DNA of 55,472 nucleotides, the filler included, from Jimgerdemannia flammicorona (lineage: Eukaryota): NCBI GenBank assembly GCA_003990765.1. It is 3 parts of 3 records of this genome, joined end to end, with 100 filler letters (N's around TTAATTAATTAA, not from the genome) between each part and the next. Parts side by side here need not be neighbours in the genome. Positions count along the whole stretch, not along the records: positions 18,531 to 36,952 come from RBNJ01002213.1; 2 more parts are not named here. The stretch is one strand, 5' to 3'. A program made the position numbers and the translations under genes. Below, one piece after another: positions 22,703 to 35,885 of the stretch (position 1 is its first letter; the number at the start of each line of letters is the position of its first letter). The notes under the pieces were generated by a model. The model made no database searches and was not told where the DNA came from. It saw only the letters and a list, made by a program, of their open reading frames with translations.

Positions 22703-24789
22703 TGTAAGCACACAACCCCCAAGCCACCAAAATCACATGTCACCCTCTGAACAAGCCACTGAAATTACATGTGACCTTTAAACAAATCTGGAAATCACCT
22801 GCAAAGATCACGAAGCTGAGTCAAACCAAAGTCACAGCATACAAAGCTGAGTCAATATGAAGTCATGGAACACCAGACTCATACAAACAGGATCTTATCA
22901 ATCAGGACCAAATGCATATATACTGAGCACTAAGATATATTGAAACAGAGAACCAAAACAAACAATAACCACAACTTCTGAACATATACAAACATGACCA
23001 CTGAGATCTATAACTACATCCATGCTGACATTTGGAATGCTATTGTCAACTGAGCCACTCCCCCTCTGCCCCTCATAAATATCTATAGCTTAGCACCTCT
23101 CTACTTCGTGAAAGCCTGATGGAATGCCCTGAATATGCTTAGCGAGGTCCACTAAATCAAACAAATCTCAAGTTACTATCAGATCAGCTGCCTCCTAGAA
23201 GACATGGTCAAATACCACCATGATATGGATATTACCCAGATGTCTCAATACCAGAAACTCATTGTCTGCAAACATCGAGAACTCTTTTATGAGTACAGCA
23301 CTGTTATTCCCCATCTCTGAGTTACTACCAGCAAAATGATTGCTACCCTATCCTATGGCCAAATCAATGATATGATACAAGAACTCAACCACAAGTATCT
23401 CAAATATGTCCAGACTACAGACAGAACCTTCCTGCACCCTGATGACCACATCCTACAAATGCCTCAAGTTGGATATGCTATGAAGGACATCTATAATATA
23501 ATCTGGTTTGATGAAGATGAAGCAGAAGACAATAATCCCTCTGATACTGATATGACCTCTAGCTAAGGATCTCTGCCAACCCTGATTATACCACCAATCT
23601 TGCCAATGAACTTGCAATAGTTCATAACCACCTATGAAACCTACTGGGACAATGACCACTAGCATGAATACCAACTCGCATTCATCTCTGATTACTTCAA
23701 CTATAATGAAGAGACTGGAGAATACAATCTATACCTTCAGACAACCCTCGAGATTGAACCAACCACTCCACCACCTGAGTATGAGTGACATGAACTACAG
23801 CTGCCAGCTTACTACAACCCTGCAACTCATAGTGCTGTAACCTATAGAAGGTATGCAGACAGCGAATCTGATGAAAGCGAAGATGATGTACCTCTCCTTT
23901 GCCCACCAATACCTTATCCAGCATACAAGACAGATGATGCTATCCTGTGGAATGGTGATGAAGTTCCAATGTATTATTACCTCAGTGAATAAGGAGAAGT
24001 AATTCGCAAACCACTCTTCCTAGATAACTACTTCATCAGAGATGATGTCATCGATGGTGATATCATTGAAGACTACCCAGACAGCATCTAACTATAAATA
24101 GCTTAGCAGTCATAGTATAATTAAATTGGTCTTATATGATGTGACATAACTGTAAACTGACTCAGCAGTCAGACAATCTCTTAACATGTCAGATCACACT
24201 TGTACTACATGACTGTAATCTGACTCAGCAAGGCACTAAGTGCTACATCTATATCTAGTATAGTCCAGATAGCCCCTCACTAGTATAAATACTCCCTCTC
24301 TCAGATCTCAGAATCTCAGACTTGAAGACTTGAATAGACTCAAACACACAAGAACACTCCTGAATACTTCCTTACAATATTCCTTTACACAACTACTTCT
24401 AGTATAGTAATATCATGAATAGCAAATAAATCTATTTAATAACCCACAAACCACTCTTAAGTAAAACTGCTCCCTGTTAGGTCTCACTCCTAACCCTGTC
24501 ACGAAATTTCCTAATTGGGTATTATCTGCAGTAATATGTCAATTCAACTAAGCTAGTCTTAGTTTCTTAAACTTCCTGAAATATAGAAAATCCTGAACAT
24601 CCAGAACTAGTCTGAAAAAGGACTTTAGTTGAGACATCAACCTGATCTTAAAATCAATAAGCATAGAGAATGTACTCTATATGAAATTGATCTTGACCTT
24701 AAGAAAACAGTCTTCCAGAATATCCAGAACTTTCAGAAAACCCTTCCAGAACTACATAATAATTATCCTAAAAAGTAAACCCTCTTACA
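22703..24789 (+). repeat. LTR-B, 2087-bp 3' LTR preceded by polypurine tract
   Basis: AAAAAGGGGAGAGT then TGTAAG...CTTACA. TATA box TAGTATAAATAC at about 24281. Confidence 0.9.
22994..24091 (+). pseudogene. LTR-B-encoded ORF, about 365 codons, unknown function
   Basis: One frame from ATG 22994 to TAA 24091 with no frameshift. Three internal stops checked read CAA in the 9959-11984 copy. Confidence 0.78.
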
Positions 24790-25120
24790 CTATTGCAGAG
24801 TAGTGAGAGAGAGACAATAGTGATGGATTGCCCCTTTATCAGTATCAGATCAGTGTCTTCTCCACTTTTTTGCAGTTTCTAGTACCTTTGGCTACATCTG
24901 GAGTGTATCTATTTTGATGTAATGCCTTCTTCTTTTTGCTGTTGCCAACAAGGTGCTGTCTCAGTATATCATGGGCTATGTAGAGAGTCAGCTGACCTTA
25001 AGCATCAAGTGCTTAGTGTAGGTTACCTATAGGTCCTCAGTACCTGTGGTGGGGCTCTCTGACTTTGGTAAGCTTTCTGGCAAGCACAGTTTTGACATAG
25101 GTGACTGCTTTTCAGATATT
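24790..25120. repeat. Unclassified dispersed repeat (direct copy at about 35997-36330)
   Basis: CTATTG(C/T)AGAGTAGTGA...GACAATAGTGATG...GCTTTTCAGATA shared. Confidence 0.75.
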
Positions 25121-25329
25121 GTTGGGATGGGAGGGGAGATAGCTATCATAGATAAGAGAAAGAGTGATAATGGTGAACCAGTAGGGTATTAGGCTGTAGG
25201 CAGTTGTTAGGGCTGGGGCAGATGCTGCTTCAGTGGGGCCTTTTGATTGATACAGAGTAGTTAGATAGTAGGTGTCACTCTTAGCTTCTTTTAGTGATTT
25301 GGTGGGTTGGGCCTCAGTCATTAGGGGGG

Positions 25330-25859
25330 GTTGGGGGGCCTGAGACTACCTATTTCAGGTATCTTGGCTACACTCAACTAGAACTAGGAGCTGATATAGC
25401 AATGTGATCAAGGCCTATAGACTTAAGTAGTGGAGTATTGGGGGTCTCCTCCTGCCTCATATGTAAGTCCTTTACTTATCTCGACTAAGAGAACCAGGCC
25501 CTACCCACTGTGATATACTTTGATGAGGGTTTTTCTTTACCTGTCATTCTCTTTGGAGTAGTGGAGGCTATTCTATTTAGCTCAGATATGGTCTTATATA
25601 TATATTGGGGTCTCAGATATATACTTTTAGTTGTTGACATATGGCTGGGTTCTCCCTGGTGATAGAGAGAGCATGGTGTACAAAATGAGATGAGGCCAAC
25701 ATAGGCCCTGCTACATCTGGTATAGTCAAGCTGCTGGACAATAGCTAGTCTAGGTTAATGGAAGAGCAGTGCTTGATGAGTAGTAGAAGAGGGTTTTGGC
25801 CTATATAGTCTAGATTCTCTTCCAATAAAAATCCATAGGACATTGAGTCCATTAAAAAA

Positions 25860-25890
<31 letters not shown>

Positions 25891-25904
25891 GGTAAAGTAA
25901 AGTT

Positions 25905-25940
<36 letters not shown>
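25330..25940 (+). mobile_element. Probable 3' fragment of a LINE with (AAT)n and poly(A) tail
   Basis: Decayed coding-like sequence with CLIC, ending in (AAT)n and a long A run at about 25906-25940. Confidence 0.35.
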
Positions 25941-25943
<3 letters not shown>

Positions 25944-25944
25944 A

Positions 25945-28395
25945 TAAGATCATTATCTCTAGAATACTTATTGTCAGACTTCTTACTGAGCACTTGAGAA
26001 ATATACTAATTATAGATATATATCACTATGTTAATAGCTTCAGCCCAATAAGAATATAATAATCTAATCATATTAATTATCATTTAAGCTATTTTAATAA
26101 TTATATACAGCTATATCATTCTGCTGAAGTATATAAGAAGCTATCATTTGATGGTATATGCTATATTTTCTTAGTAACTGCTTGAACACATTATTGATAT
26201 ATCTATATCTATTATATAAGTATATAGCATATACTCTATGTCCTATCTCATTTTTGATAATTGTTTTGAATTCTTTAAATTTGTCTAAGATTTTACTCTT
26301 TACTGATAGGAAGTATATATATGATTATTGATAAAGATAATAAAATACTTCTTCTTAGAGTATGATAGCATATATATCAGCCTACATATATCTGTATAAA
26401 CAAGGTTGAGAATTCCAGATATATGATTTAATCATTCTTCAAATAGTTGCTAGAATACTTTATTTTTCATATATACTATATAAAAATTATTTCTGGGATA
26501 TATATTTAGTAATCTATTGATAGATATACTCCTTATCATATGTTCAAGACTTGTCTTGTTAATATGTTCTAAGCATTGATATCATATATATATTAGATAT
26601 ATCCAGTATAGTTATTATGTATGTTGAAACTTTTATATCATTTGGTATCTCATTGATCATATAAAGATTACTATATTTTAAGACTATCATTAGCTCATTA
26701 TTATTTGAATCATATACTGTTATATCTTTTAAATATATATATATCTCTTTATTACTACAAGATATTATCTTTCCCATTAAAAAAATATTTTTACCAATTT
26801 CTGATATATATAATATATTAAGAAAAATACTGGCAGATTCTACAATATTGCTATAAAGATATATCTCCACATTTCTCTTTCCTTAAGTGTAAATGATATT
26901 GTTATCTCCTAGTTTGATAGATATAGAGTACTTAAAAGACTTATATATAGAGAGCTATTTTTTATATAACATTATATATATATTATATAACCTTAGAATC
27001 CATGAGCTAGACATTATTATTATCAGTAATATTGGTATTTTTACTGCTGGTAGTACTGATGTTATTATCACTTTTTATTAGTCTAAAAGTATTTTACTGA
27101 CCAGGATTTATAGATGATAGATTAGTAGATTTGGTAATAAAACTACTCATAGATATAGATCTCATACTAGTGATAGAACTAGTAGTAGAAATATTATTAT
27201 CTATATATATTACTTACATAAAGAATATATCATCATTGTCAGTTTCAGTAGTATTTATATTATCATACTTCTCTTTATCTTGATAGACCCTCATATTACC
27301 AATACTGACTTCTACATTATTACTTATTTTTACTATTCTCCTTATTATTTTTTTAATTATAATAATAATATTTTCTATATCTATACTTACTGCAGTATTT
27401 ATAATAGTCATTATATTTAGTTGATTAGCTGCTATTATATTGATTTTAGGTTTAAGTTTATTGGTCTTATTATATATACTTTTGACCTTATTTGGTACCA
27501 TATCTATGAGATTTATAGAAGGTGTTTTTATTATTGTCACCACTATTTCCTTAGTATATTTTCTCATTATAAAGCTCATTATCATGTAGATATAATCTAT
27601 AAGTCTGCTACTTTTATATAAAGCAGTAATAACAATATTATATATATTCAGAAGTCCTCTTGTAAGTACTATAATCTTATCTTCATTGTCAATATAATCT
27701 GTAGATATATTGAGAGAATTAACTCAATTTACCAGATCATCAATATGATAGACATATTTATAAATACTCTTCTTAGACTTTATTCATAAATTGAATAGCT
27801 GAGATTTCAGGTGAAATTAATTCAATATGAATACTTGTATATAATAATTACATAGACTTATAAACTATCATAGTATATATTATAAGTTTTGTTTGAGAAT
27901 TTGAAAATATAAATATATATAATCTTACATAATACTCAGTGATTATTTGTAGTATTGTATTCTTGAATCAGTGCTTGTAGTTTTATATACTCTGTCAAGC
28001 TATATTTGTCAAGAAGATTCATTATATAGAATACTCAGATTGCATAATCTTTTCCATCAAAGATCAGAATAAATCTCTTGGCTATATTTATACTTATAAC
28101 TAGAATTATATTTTCTATATTTATTGTGATTATATCTTTAAGAATACTCATAATTGGTATATCTATATTACTAGGTTGATCATTGTTTGATATTTCTAGT
28201 ATAGTATATATTAAAGAGGTGGGGGTTTTTTTTTCTTTTGTTATAATCACTTAGCATTAGTGGGGCTTATAACCTTTATTATAAAAGAGAGGTTGATTTA
28301 TTAAAGTTATATAGATTATATATTTACTAATGAATGATATAAAACTGATAGAATAATATAATCACATATTAATATATTGAGTTGCTATCTCAACA
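25945..28395 (-). mobile_element. Ty1/Copia relic (short LTR about 28277-28395, gag-PR-IN), extremely decayed
   Basis: Minus strand GGTTATAAGCCC after the LTR (Copia GGTTATGxGCCC). Residual FDGKDYAI, NILYISEIGKNI, LVYTDI, QQND and WAEA motifs in Copia order. Confidence 0.75.
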
Positions 28396-29599
28396 GATAG
28401 TTATTTATAATTATTTATAATATATTAATTTTATTAGCTATAGTTTTATTATTTAATCTTTAGTTATTTTTAATTTGAACTTTATCTTAATATTTCTGAG
28501 TATTATTTTAGTTTTAATTTTATTATTATTATTATTATTTTTTATTAATTAAAATCTTTCTGAATTCTTCTTTGAGATCTTATATAAATATTTTCTCTTA
28601 TAAGAACTTTTTAAATCTAAGTATTTCTTTAGACTATCTAGATTCTATTAGAAACTTTCAAAATTAATTAAAAAGCTAAACTATTATAGATTAAATATCT
28701 ATTTTCTATTTAGAACTATATATTACAAGAGTTTAATTATAATATTAATTTAAAAAAATTCTTTCAAATTTTGAACTTCATTTAAAACTTTAATATAAAA
28801 TAATTAATTGATATTTTTAAATAAATATTTACTTATGAGATATATTTTTAAAATTTTATTTTAGTAATTTTAGAAATTTATAATTTCTTAATATTTATTA
28901 AAAAATGTAGAGATTTATAATTCAATATATGTATAATATATTACTTTATATTATTAATAAATTGCTTCTTCTATTTAGTCTTATAAATTCTATAATAATA
29001 AAAATAAAATACAAAAATACAAAAATACAAAAATTATATATTATTATTATAATAGTTGATCTAAATTAGAAATAATAATCAGAAGATAGATATTTGATCA
29101 TAATATCTAAATTTAATTCTCAAAATATAGTTAGCAGTCATCTGATCTTACAGATATAAGAAATATTATAATTATAGGAAATCTTACAGTTGTAAAATAA
29201 AAAGAAGTTATATACTTAACTATATCTAAAGCTAGCAAACTTGAATAAATGTCTCAATATCTAGAGTAAATAAATCTCAGATCAAAATAGTTCAAAGTAA
29301 AGAGATAAGAGAACTAGTAAGTCTACAGATAGAGATACTTTGAACTTATCCACCTATCTCTAAGAACTATGAGAAATCAAAAAAGATCAAGTATTCAAGA
29401 TAAAGAAATCTGCCACACTTCTAAAATTATGCATCTGCTATATTATACTATATTGATCAAATCAGTTTATTTGAAAAACTGTTTACTACTTTATATATTA
29501 TTTATAGTAATTGGAATATTACTAAATTATTTCATATATATATGCTATTATATATATAATCAATAAATATAAGTAGATAAATAGAAATGATGTAAGTTG

Positions 29600-29812
29600 T
29601 CAACAACACTTTCTTATCTGGTTCACTTTACAAAACACAAACGAACTCAAGTACAGACCCAGAACCCACACCCCAGAACCCACAAAAACTATGTATGGCC
29701 ACCACGGAAGGTCATCCGCACCTAAAGTAGGCGACGGGGTGGCAGGAGGGGCAACGAGGTGGGCGACAGTGTCGGGAGTGATGTTGTAATGGTTAGGCGT
29801 GGTAGCCGCCAT
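29600..29812 (-). CDS. 70-aa Pro/Thr-rich single-TM ORF in frame with the upstream E3 ligase
   Basis: ACCACCATGG start context, hydrophobic stretch, CpG-rich like the adjacent gene. Confidence 0.4.
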   Translation of the reverse strand: MAATTPNHYNITPDTVAHLVAPPATPSPTLGADDLPWWPYIVFVGSGVWVLGLYLSSFVFCKVNQIRKCC

Positions 29813-29827
29813 GGTGGTCGAGGTGAA

Positions 29828-30976
29828 TTAATTGACAGATGTTTCATCTTCCCTCAGAGAATTCATCCACCCCAACACGGCTGTAAAGACTATAATAACC
29901 AGGAGGAATACGAATAAGACGATTTTCCAGTGACGTGTTGCCACCGACAACCAGCGTGCAATCCTTCTATTCTCCTGAAGCAAATACTGCTCCCTCTGAC
30001 GAAGCTGCTCAACTAGTACCCGCTGTTGTTCTTCTCTATGAAGAAACCCCTCAACCATTACCCGCTGTTGTTCTCCCCTTCGAAGAAGCTCTTCAACTGT
30101 GACTCCATTAATCACGTCCGTAGCGAAAACCTCGGGGAGAAGAACCCGGATCTCTTCAACATTCATACCGAGATCAGTCAGGTCCCCACGAAGGGCATCT
30201 AATAGGGCTCCACGGTTACAATCCGCTCCCGGGCCGCGAAAATATTCAAGTAGGTGGCCTTGCCGCCGACGGTTGTGGTGCATTTTCCACTGCTCTTCGG
30301 AAATGAAAACGTTCCCGTGTTCAGCACGCACGTGCTCGTGGGCATCACCACCACAAGAAGCAAGGCAGATGGCACAGAAAGCATTGAAAAGGGGTGGACA
30401 ATTCGGGCAATAGAGGGCGCAGCACCCGGTGAAGTCGACGAAGGCCATCTTGCAACAAGGGCGCTTGATGGTGAGGATGTTGTCGAGGACATGCATCCGT
30501 CGGCGCTCAATGTCGTCGTGGGGGGAAAGTTGAGGAATCTGTCGCGCGTCCTCAGCCAGATATTGTTGCTGCATTCTCTCTGTGAACACCTCTAAAACAC
30601 TGTTCAGGTTGTTGAGGATGAGGCCGGCAGCGACGGGAGGCAGATGAGCAGCGATATCTCGGAGGGGGGCAAAGGTAGGGGCGTCACAATTGGATATGGG
30701 ACATGGGAGCTTTAGGCGGTGGGTTTGGATGTTCTCGATGTTGGCTCGTGACTCAAAGTAGTTTCCGAGACACTCATCACAGATGAAATGTCCGTCAGGG
30801 CATGTCAGTCCCTCATCGGTAGGCTTATCTTCAAAGCAGATGCAACAATGGGCGAGATTTCTCTGGCCCAGTTCATCGGAGCCACCGCCGCCATCTCTCG
30901 GCTGCAAGGGATGATCCTTAACAGGAAGACGTGGCCGGTTTTGAGTTCTTCGACTTCTTTCAGCTGGGTCAGTCAT
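29828..30976 (-). CDS. RBR-like E3 ubiquitin ligase (RING1 + IBR/Rcat-type domain, coiled coil, C-terminal TM helix)
   Basis: CCICFED...CPDGHFICDEC...CPISNC RING, then DFTGCCALYCPNC...FCAIC...HEH, an E/Q/R-rich helix and IVLFVFLLVIIVFTAVLGW. Intact 382-aa ORF. Confidence 0.88.
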   Translation of the reverse strand: MTDPAERSRRTQNRPRLPVKDHPLQPRDGGGGSDELGQRNLAHCCICFEDKPTDEGLTCPDGHFICDECLGNYFESRANIENIQTHRLKLPCPISNCDAPTFAPLRDIAAHLPPVAAGLILNNLNSVLEVFTERMQQQYLAEDARQIPQLSPHDDIERRRMHVLDNILTIKRPCCKMAFVDFTGCCALYCPNCPPLFNAFCAICLASCGGDAHEHVRAEHGNVFISEEQWKMHHNRRRQGHLLEYFRGPGADCNRGALLDALRGDLTDLGMNVEEIRVLLPEVFATDVINGVTVEELLRRGEQQRVMVEGFLHREEQQRVLVEQLRQREQYLLQENRRIARWLSVATRHWKIVLFVFLLVIIVFTAVLGWMNSLREDETSVN

Positions 30977-32237
30977 ATTTGCGGACTTAGGATTGTATTA
31001 TTTCGAGAAATTTAAGCAAATGGTGGTTATGTTCAAAGAACAGGGTTAGACTTTCCGTTCTTGGCCAGCATCGCATGGTCAGAAAACAAAATGTTCTTAC
31101 TGGAAGCTGCGATGCAATAAATATTCTGTTGTGCTTTGGAAGATAAGTGGCAAATAATAGTAGAGATTTTAATCTCTATCAACGTAGTCTTCCGGAGTAG
31201 TGTGTGTGCTGTGGCGTGTCGGTGTCGGAGTAGGAAAAATCACATGATACCTCAAAGGACGCCAATCAACTTCACCGTTTATATTAGACTAGTATGGGTA
31301 ACGTGATGGGGTTAGAATGTTTTACAATACCCGTTAGATTGTGTGCGCAAATACCCTATGAATACAACAGTATGCTAGTAACTCCGCCGTGTATAACCTC
31401 ATTGAAGGTATCGTGGTTGTTATTCCAGTTCTAGTATTGTTATGTCTGTCACTATAATACAAGGTCCAAGGTGAGCACTTCGGCAACGTGAGCGACAAAA
31501 AAATTTTGTTCCAGATACTTCTTTCTCGCTCAATAATAAACCTTCCCATACATCCTGAGACGTATCGTTAACCACACACACACCTCGACTTATTATGCTA
31601 GTGAGAGAATTTTGCAAGATTCAACAACTCTCCCACTTTGTGAACTGTCACCCTCACACCGAGGCTGCTGAAGAATGAAGTTCTATAAAATACAAATCCT
31701 TTCACTTGTAACATTTCTATAAAGTACTCTGAGATAATAATAGCTATCCGCCATTTTAACACTCAACCAGCTTTACTTCCTCCAATTACTTTATACACCA
31801 GACTGCATATATTTCTCTGATGTTTACTTTTCTCTCTCCACCTATGATAAATCTGTATTACTTTAAGCAAACTTATTATCTCCTCTTCTAATATTATTCA
31901 TCTTACAGCACTTCTTTCTAATACTTAAACCTCTCAATTTACTCTATTATTATAGTTATTACTACTATATATTCTATTATATTAGATCAGTTTTTACACT
32001 TTTATAACTCTACTTTCTCAAAATTACTAATATTTATATTCTTATCTAAGATATCATTTATAGTTATATTAAGTAAAATATAATTATAATATTTTAGTAT
32101 TTTTTAAATATTTAAAAATTTTCTATTAGTTATATTTAATTTTATTAAAATATCTAATACAAATTTAAAAATCTATTATAATTAGTTATATAAATCCAAA
32201 ATAGCTAATAATAATAATAATAAAAGTACTTATATTA

Positions 32238-33802
32238 AAGTGTGTTCCAAAACTGAACTAATATTATATTAAATTTTACATTTTAATTATTTTAAATATA
32301 TATACTATATATAAATATATATATAATTATACTATATTATAGCCCTATATCAGAGGTATCTAAGAATACTAAATTTAGTTTAATTAATATTAATTTAACC
32401 ATAAAAGGAAATTCCCAAAAAAAATTATTGGTTCAGTTTTGTAATAGTATTGTCAAAAGATATATATTTGGTAGTAGACTGACCTATAGTTGGTTTATAT
32501 ATCTGAAACTTTATATGGTTGTTCTTTGATCATTTCTCTATCTTTTCATATAATTTATTATCTTTAAAATAAGTATAAAGAAACTCTCTTTAGATATGTA
32601 CAATATTGTTATCAATATGCTAAATTCTAGTATAATAATAAGAAAAATTACAAAAGAGACTGGCATTAGCCAAACCTCTATTATCAGAATTAGAAATGAT
32701 TATTATATTAATAATGTTATCTTGAAAAGAGACCATCTGATCAAACTCTCTACTTGTGATAAGTTATGACTCATTTATCAAGTAATTAGTAGCAAGGTAG
32801 ATATACTGCTAAAGATCTCAAAACTATTCAAAATTGATAGCAGATAGACTATAAGTACTCAAATGATATATTAGATCCTGAAAGAGGCCAGTTTAAAGGC
32901 TGTAGTCAAGTAAAAAAAAGTCAAGATTATTATACTGATATATCAAAGCTTGTTATAATTTTATATACAAGTATAGAGACTAGATGATTAATGACTATTT
33001 TCTCAGATGAGACCAAAATCAATTATTTTGAGTCTAATAGATGAGAATGAGTGTGGAAAATATCAGATATCCTACTTGAAGAGTAATATATAACACTAAT
33101 AATAAAATTTAGGAGTAGATTAGTTATAGTTTATAGATATATGAATTACTATAGTGTGAGATATATATGCAAAATTGACAGAAGAATGGATGCTGAGCTA
33201 TACAAATTAATCTTTAATGATAAATTGAAAAAATTGATTAAATATTTCAAGATTGGTCAGGGGTAAATATTTTAATATAATAATGACTCTAAGCATACTT
33301 CATATAATATCAAGAAATAATTCAAGAAATACACACTTCATCTTTTAAACTGGCCCATGCAATTATCTGATCTCAATCCCATTGAGCATTTATGAGCACA
33401 TATTAAGAGATAGCTTAATATATATAAAGAATATCCAAAGAGTATATATGAGCTCTGAGATAGAGTAGAAGATGGATAGAATGCTATTCTGGATAAAGTT
33501 TATAAAAAATTATTTAAGAGTATACTCAGACACATCCAAGCAGTATATAAAGTAAAGAGAGGATATATTAAATACTATAATATCTATGAAATATTCATGA
33601 TTATAAAACTAAACCAATAATTTTTTTTTGAAAATTTCTTTTTATAGTTATATTAATCTTAAATAAAATAAATTTAGTATCCTGAATACTCCTGATATAG
33701 GGCTACAATAAAGTATAATAATATTTTTTTTATATAACTTATATTTAAAATAATTAAAATATAAAATTTAATGAAATATTGGTTCAGTTTTGGAACATAC
33801 TT
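32238..33802 (+). mobile_element. Tc1/mariner DNA transposon with about 200-bp TIRs, degenerate
   Basis: AGTGTGTTCCAAAACTGAAC and GGTTCAGTTTTGGAACATACT termini next to TA. Transposase motifs FSDETKIN, NDSKH, WPMQLSDLNPIEHL at about 32550-33580. Confidence 0.9.
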
Positions 33803-33899
33803 ATAGTTAATATATAATGGTTCATTATATATTAACAAGCTACTGAAAATTACAATAAAATTTTTAATAATATAATTTTTAATATAATAGTCATAAATA

Positions 33900-35885
33900 T
33901 TATATATAGTATGTATAATGAGTAAATAATATAGTATAGTTAGATAATATGAATACTCAGTATAGTATAGTTATCTATACCTAGTTACTCATATATATTA
34001 TAACTTATATAATTATTTAATTAGATATATTGATCTGTATTCTAAGAATATATCTGTATCTAGCAGATATACTTATACCTATCAAACACATCTGTCTCTA
34101 GTAGATAGATCTGGTCACTTCTCCCTCTAAAGTAGTATTATTATATATTCTATAATTAACTAGATAGTAACTATAATAGTATAAAATACCCTAGAGCCCA
34201 GAGTGAATAAACCTCAGTTCAAAATTTAAAACTAAAAAGCAAATGACAAGTCTGCCTACTATATTTTGAGAAATATACTTATCAAAAGCTACTTGATCTA
34301 GAAAAGATTATAACACTTAGAAGAAATATCGACTCTAAAGCTACTTTTAGGAGATTGTGAGCTTAATGTCTAATTTGTACTCTGGTTCACTTTCTGATAT
34401 AAAGATAGAATTTACTAATTTAAGAAGAATCTATATTATCTGAGTTATTTATCGAAGTTTGCTGATTTAGAAAGAATTTGCATTACCTACCATATTTAAG
34501 AATCTGCTTTACTCAAGAGTCTACTAAATTTGTTATATTATACTAATTCTGTCTAATTAGAAAATATCACCAAAATTATCTACTAAAATTATCTATTAAA
34601 ATTATCTGCATTATCTAAATAAAACTTATATCTATTTTAAAAGAATATTTTGTTATATTTTGATAAAGTATCTGAGGACACAGATCAATCTACATAGTAG
34701 TCTCAACTTTGTAATTTATCTTTATTGAACTGGTATATTATATTTGGAGACTCAATTGAAAAGATTTTTAAAAATCTATAACTTTTTAGCTTACAAGAAC
34801 CCAATAGCTAAACTGGATACATTTGATATAATACTAATCTCTATTACTACTGAAGAATGGGTCATTACTAGTATTTGAACAGAAAGAGAAGTAATTATCT
34901 CAAGACTTGCCAATTATCTAGTATTAGAAGAATCCTAACCAGAAGTCAGTATAGCAGTGAATCTGAAACTAGCACTAGTCCAATTACCAAAAGTTTAGCC
35001 TATAAATATCCCAGAAGTACTAGTAGATATACTGCTAAGAGTAAGAAAATATAGAAGACCACACTCAAAATTTTGACAAACTTATATAAGAACTTAAAGA
35101 TCATATTACTCAATATCGGTTTCTTATAGTAGAAGTACTATTAATCTCACTACTACTAGAACTAGCAAATCTTCTCAGCTTAGTATCTTCAAGAATATTC
35201 AGACCTACTATATCTTATTTGAGATCAATAACTCTATCTTCAGAATATTCAAATATCTACAACTTCAGCAACCAGAATCAGAACTAGAAGACAATAATAA
35301 TAAAATGATCACTCTAATGCCAATCTTTGCAGAATACTCAGAAGAAGACTCAAGAGAATTTCTTGATAGAATTAAAGAAATTACAGCTTTAAAGAATCTT
35401 ACTATCTAGAGAAAAATTGCTATCTTCAAAGTCCAACTCAGGAACCAGCTAAGGGAATTTTCAACTAAGTAGTAAATAATGCATATATAGATATTAGAAC
35501 AGCCATTTAGACAGCAGCATCTTGAAATAAAGAATACAAATCCATGATTTACTAGATTATCAAAAAATATATAGAAAATGAAACCCACTATAAGGTTCAA
35601 GAATCTATCATAGAAAAAAGATAAATCTTAGAGAATCACCTAGAGCATTCTTTATCTGAATCCAGAAAAGAATATATATAGTCAGGTTCAATATAACCAA
35701 CCAGAATATTATAGATCTAATAACCTTTATAAATAGAATTTCCCCAAATATTACTTGGCATATCTATACTCTAGATATCAGAAGGTCTAAAGAATAAGTA
35801 GATATAGCCTAAGAAATTTTCAATATTAGATAAGAAACCACCTACAGTAATTATAATAAGAAAGATGACAAGGAAGACCTCTTAG
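33900..35885 (+). mobile_element. Gypsy D fragment (LTR remnant, PBS, gag start), heavily decayed
   Basis: Reverse-complement similarity to about 46100-48400. TTTGGAGACTC at about 34743 corresponds to the TTTGGGGGCTC PBS. Confidence 0.75.

Noticed and set aside
28400..29590. Very AT-rich tract as organellar insertion or origin
   Set aside because: No recognisable genes. It resembles terminally decayed repeat sequence seen elsewhere in the window.
30099..31015. Plus-strand ORFs overlapping the E3 ligase
   Set aside because: Shadow frames of a GC-rich gene, with no motifs.
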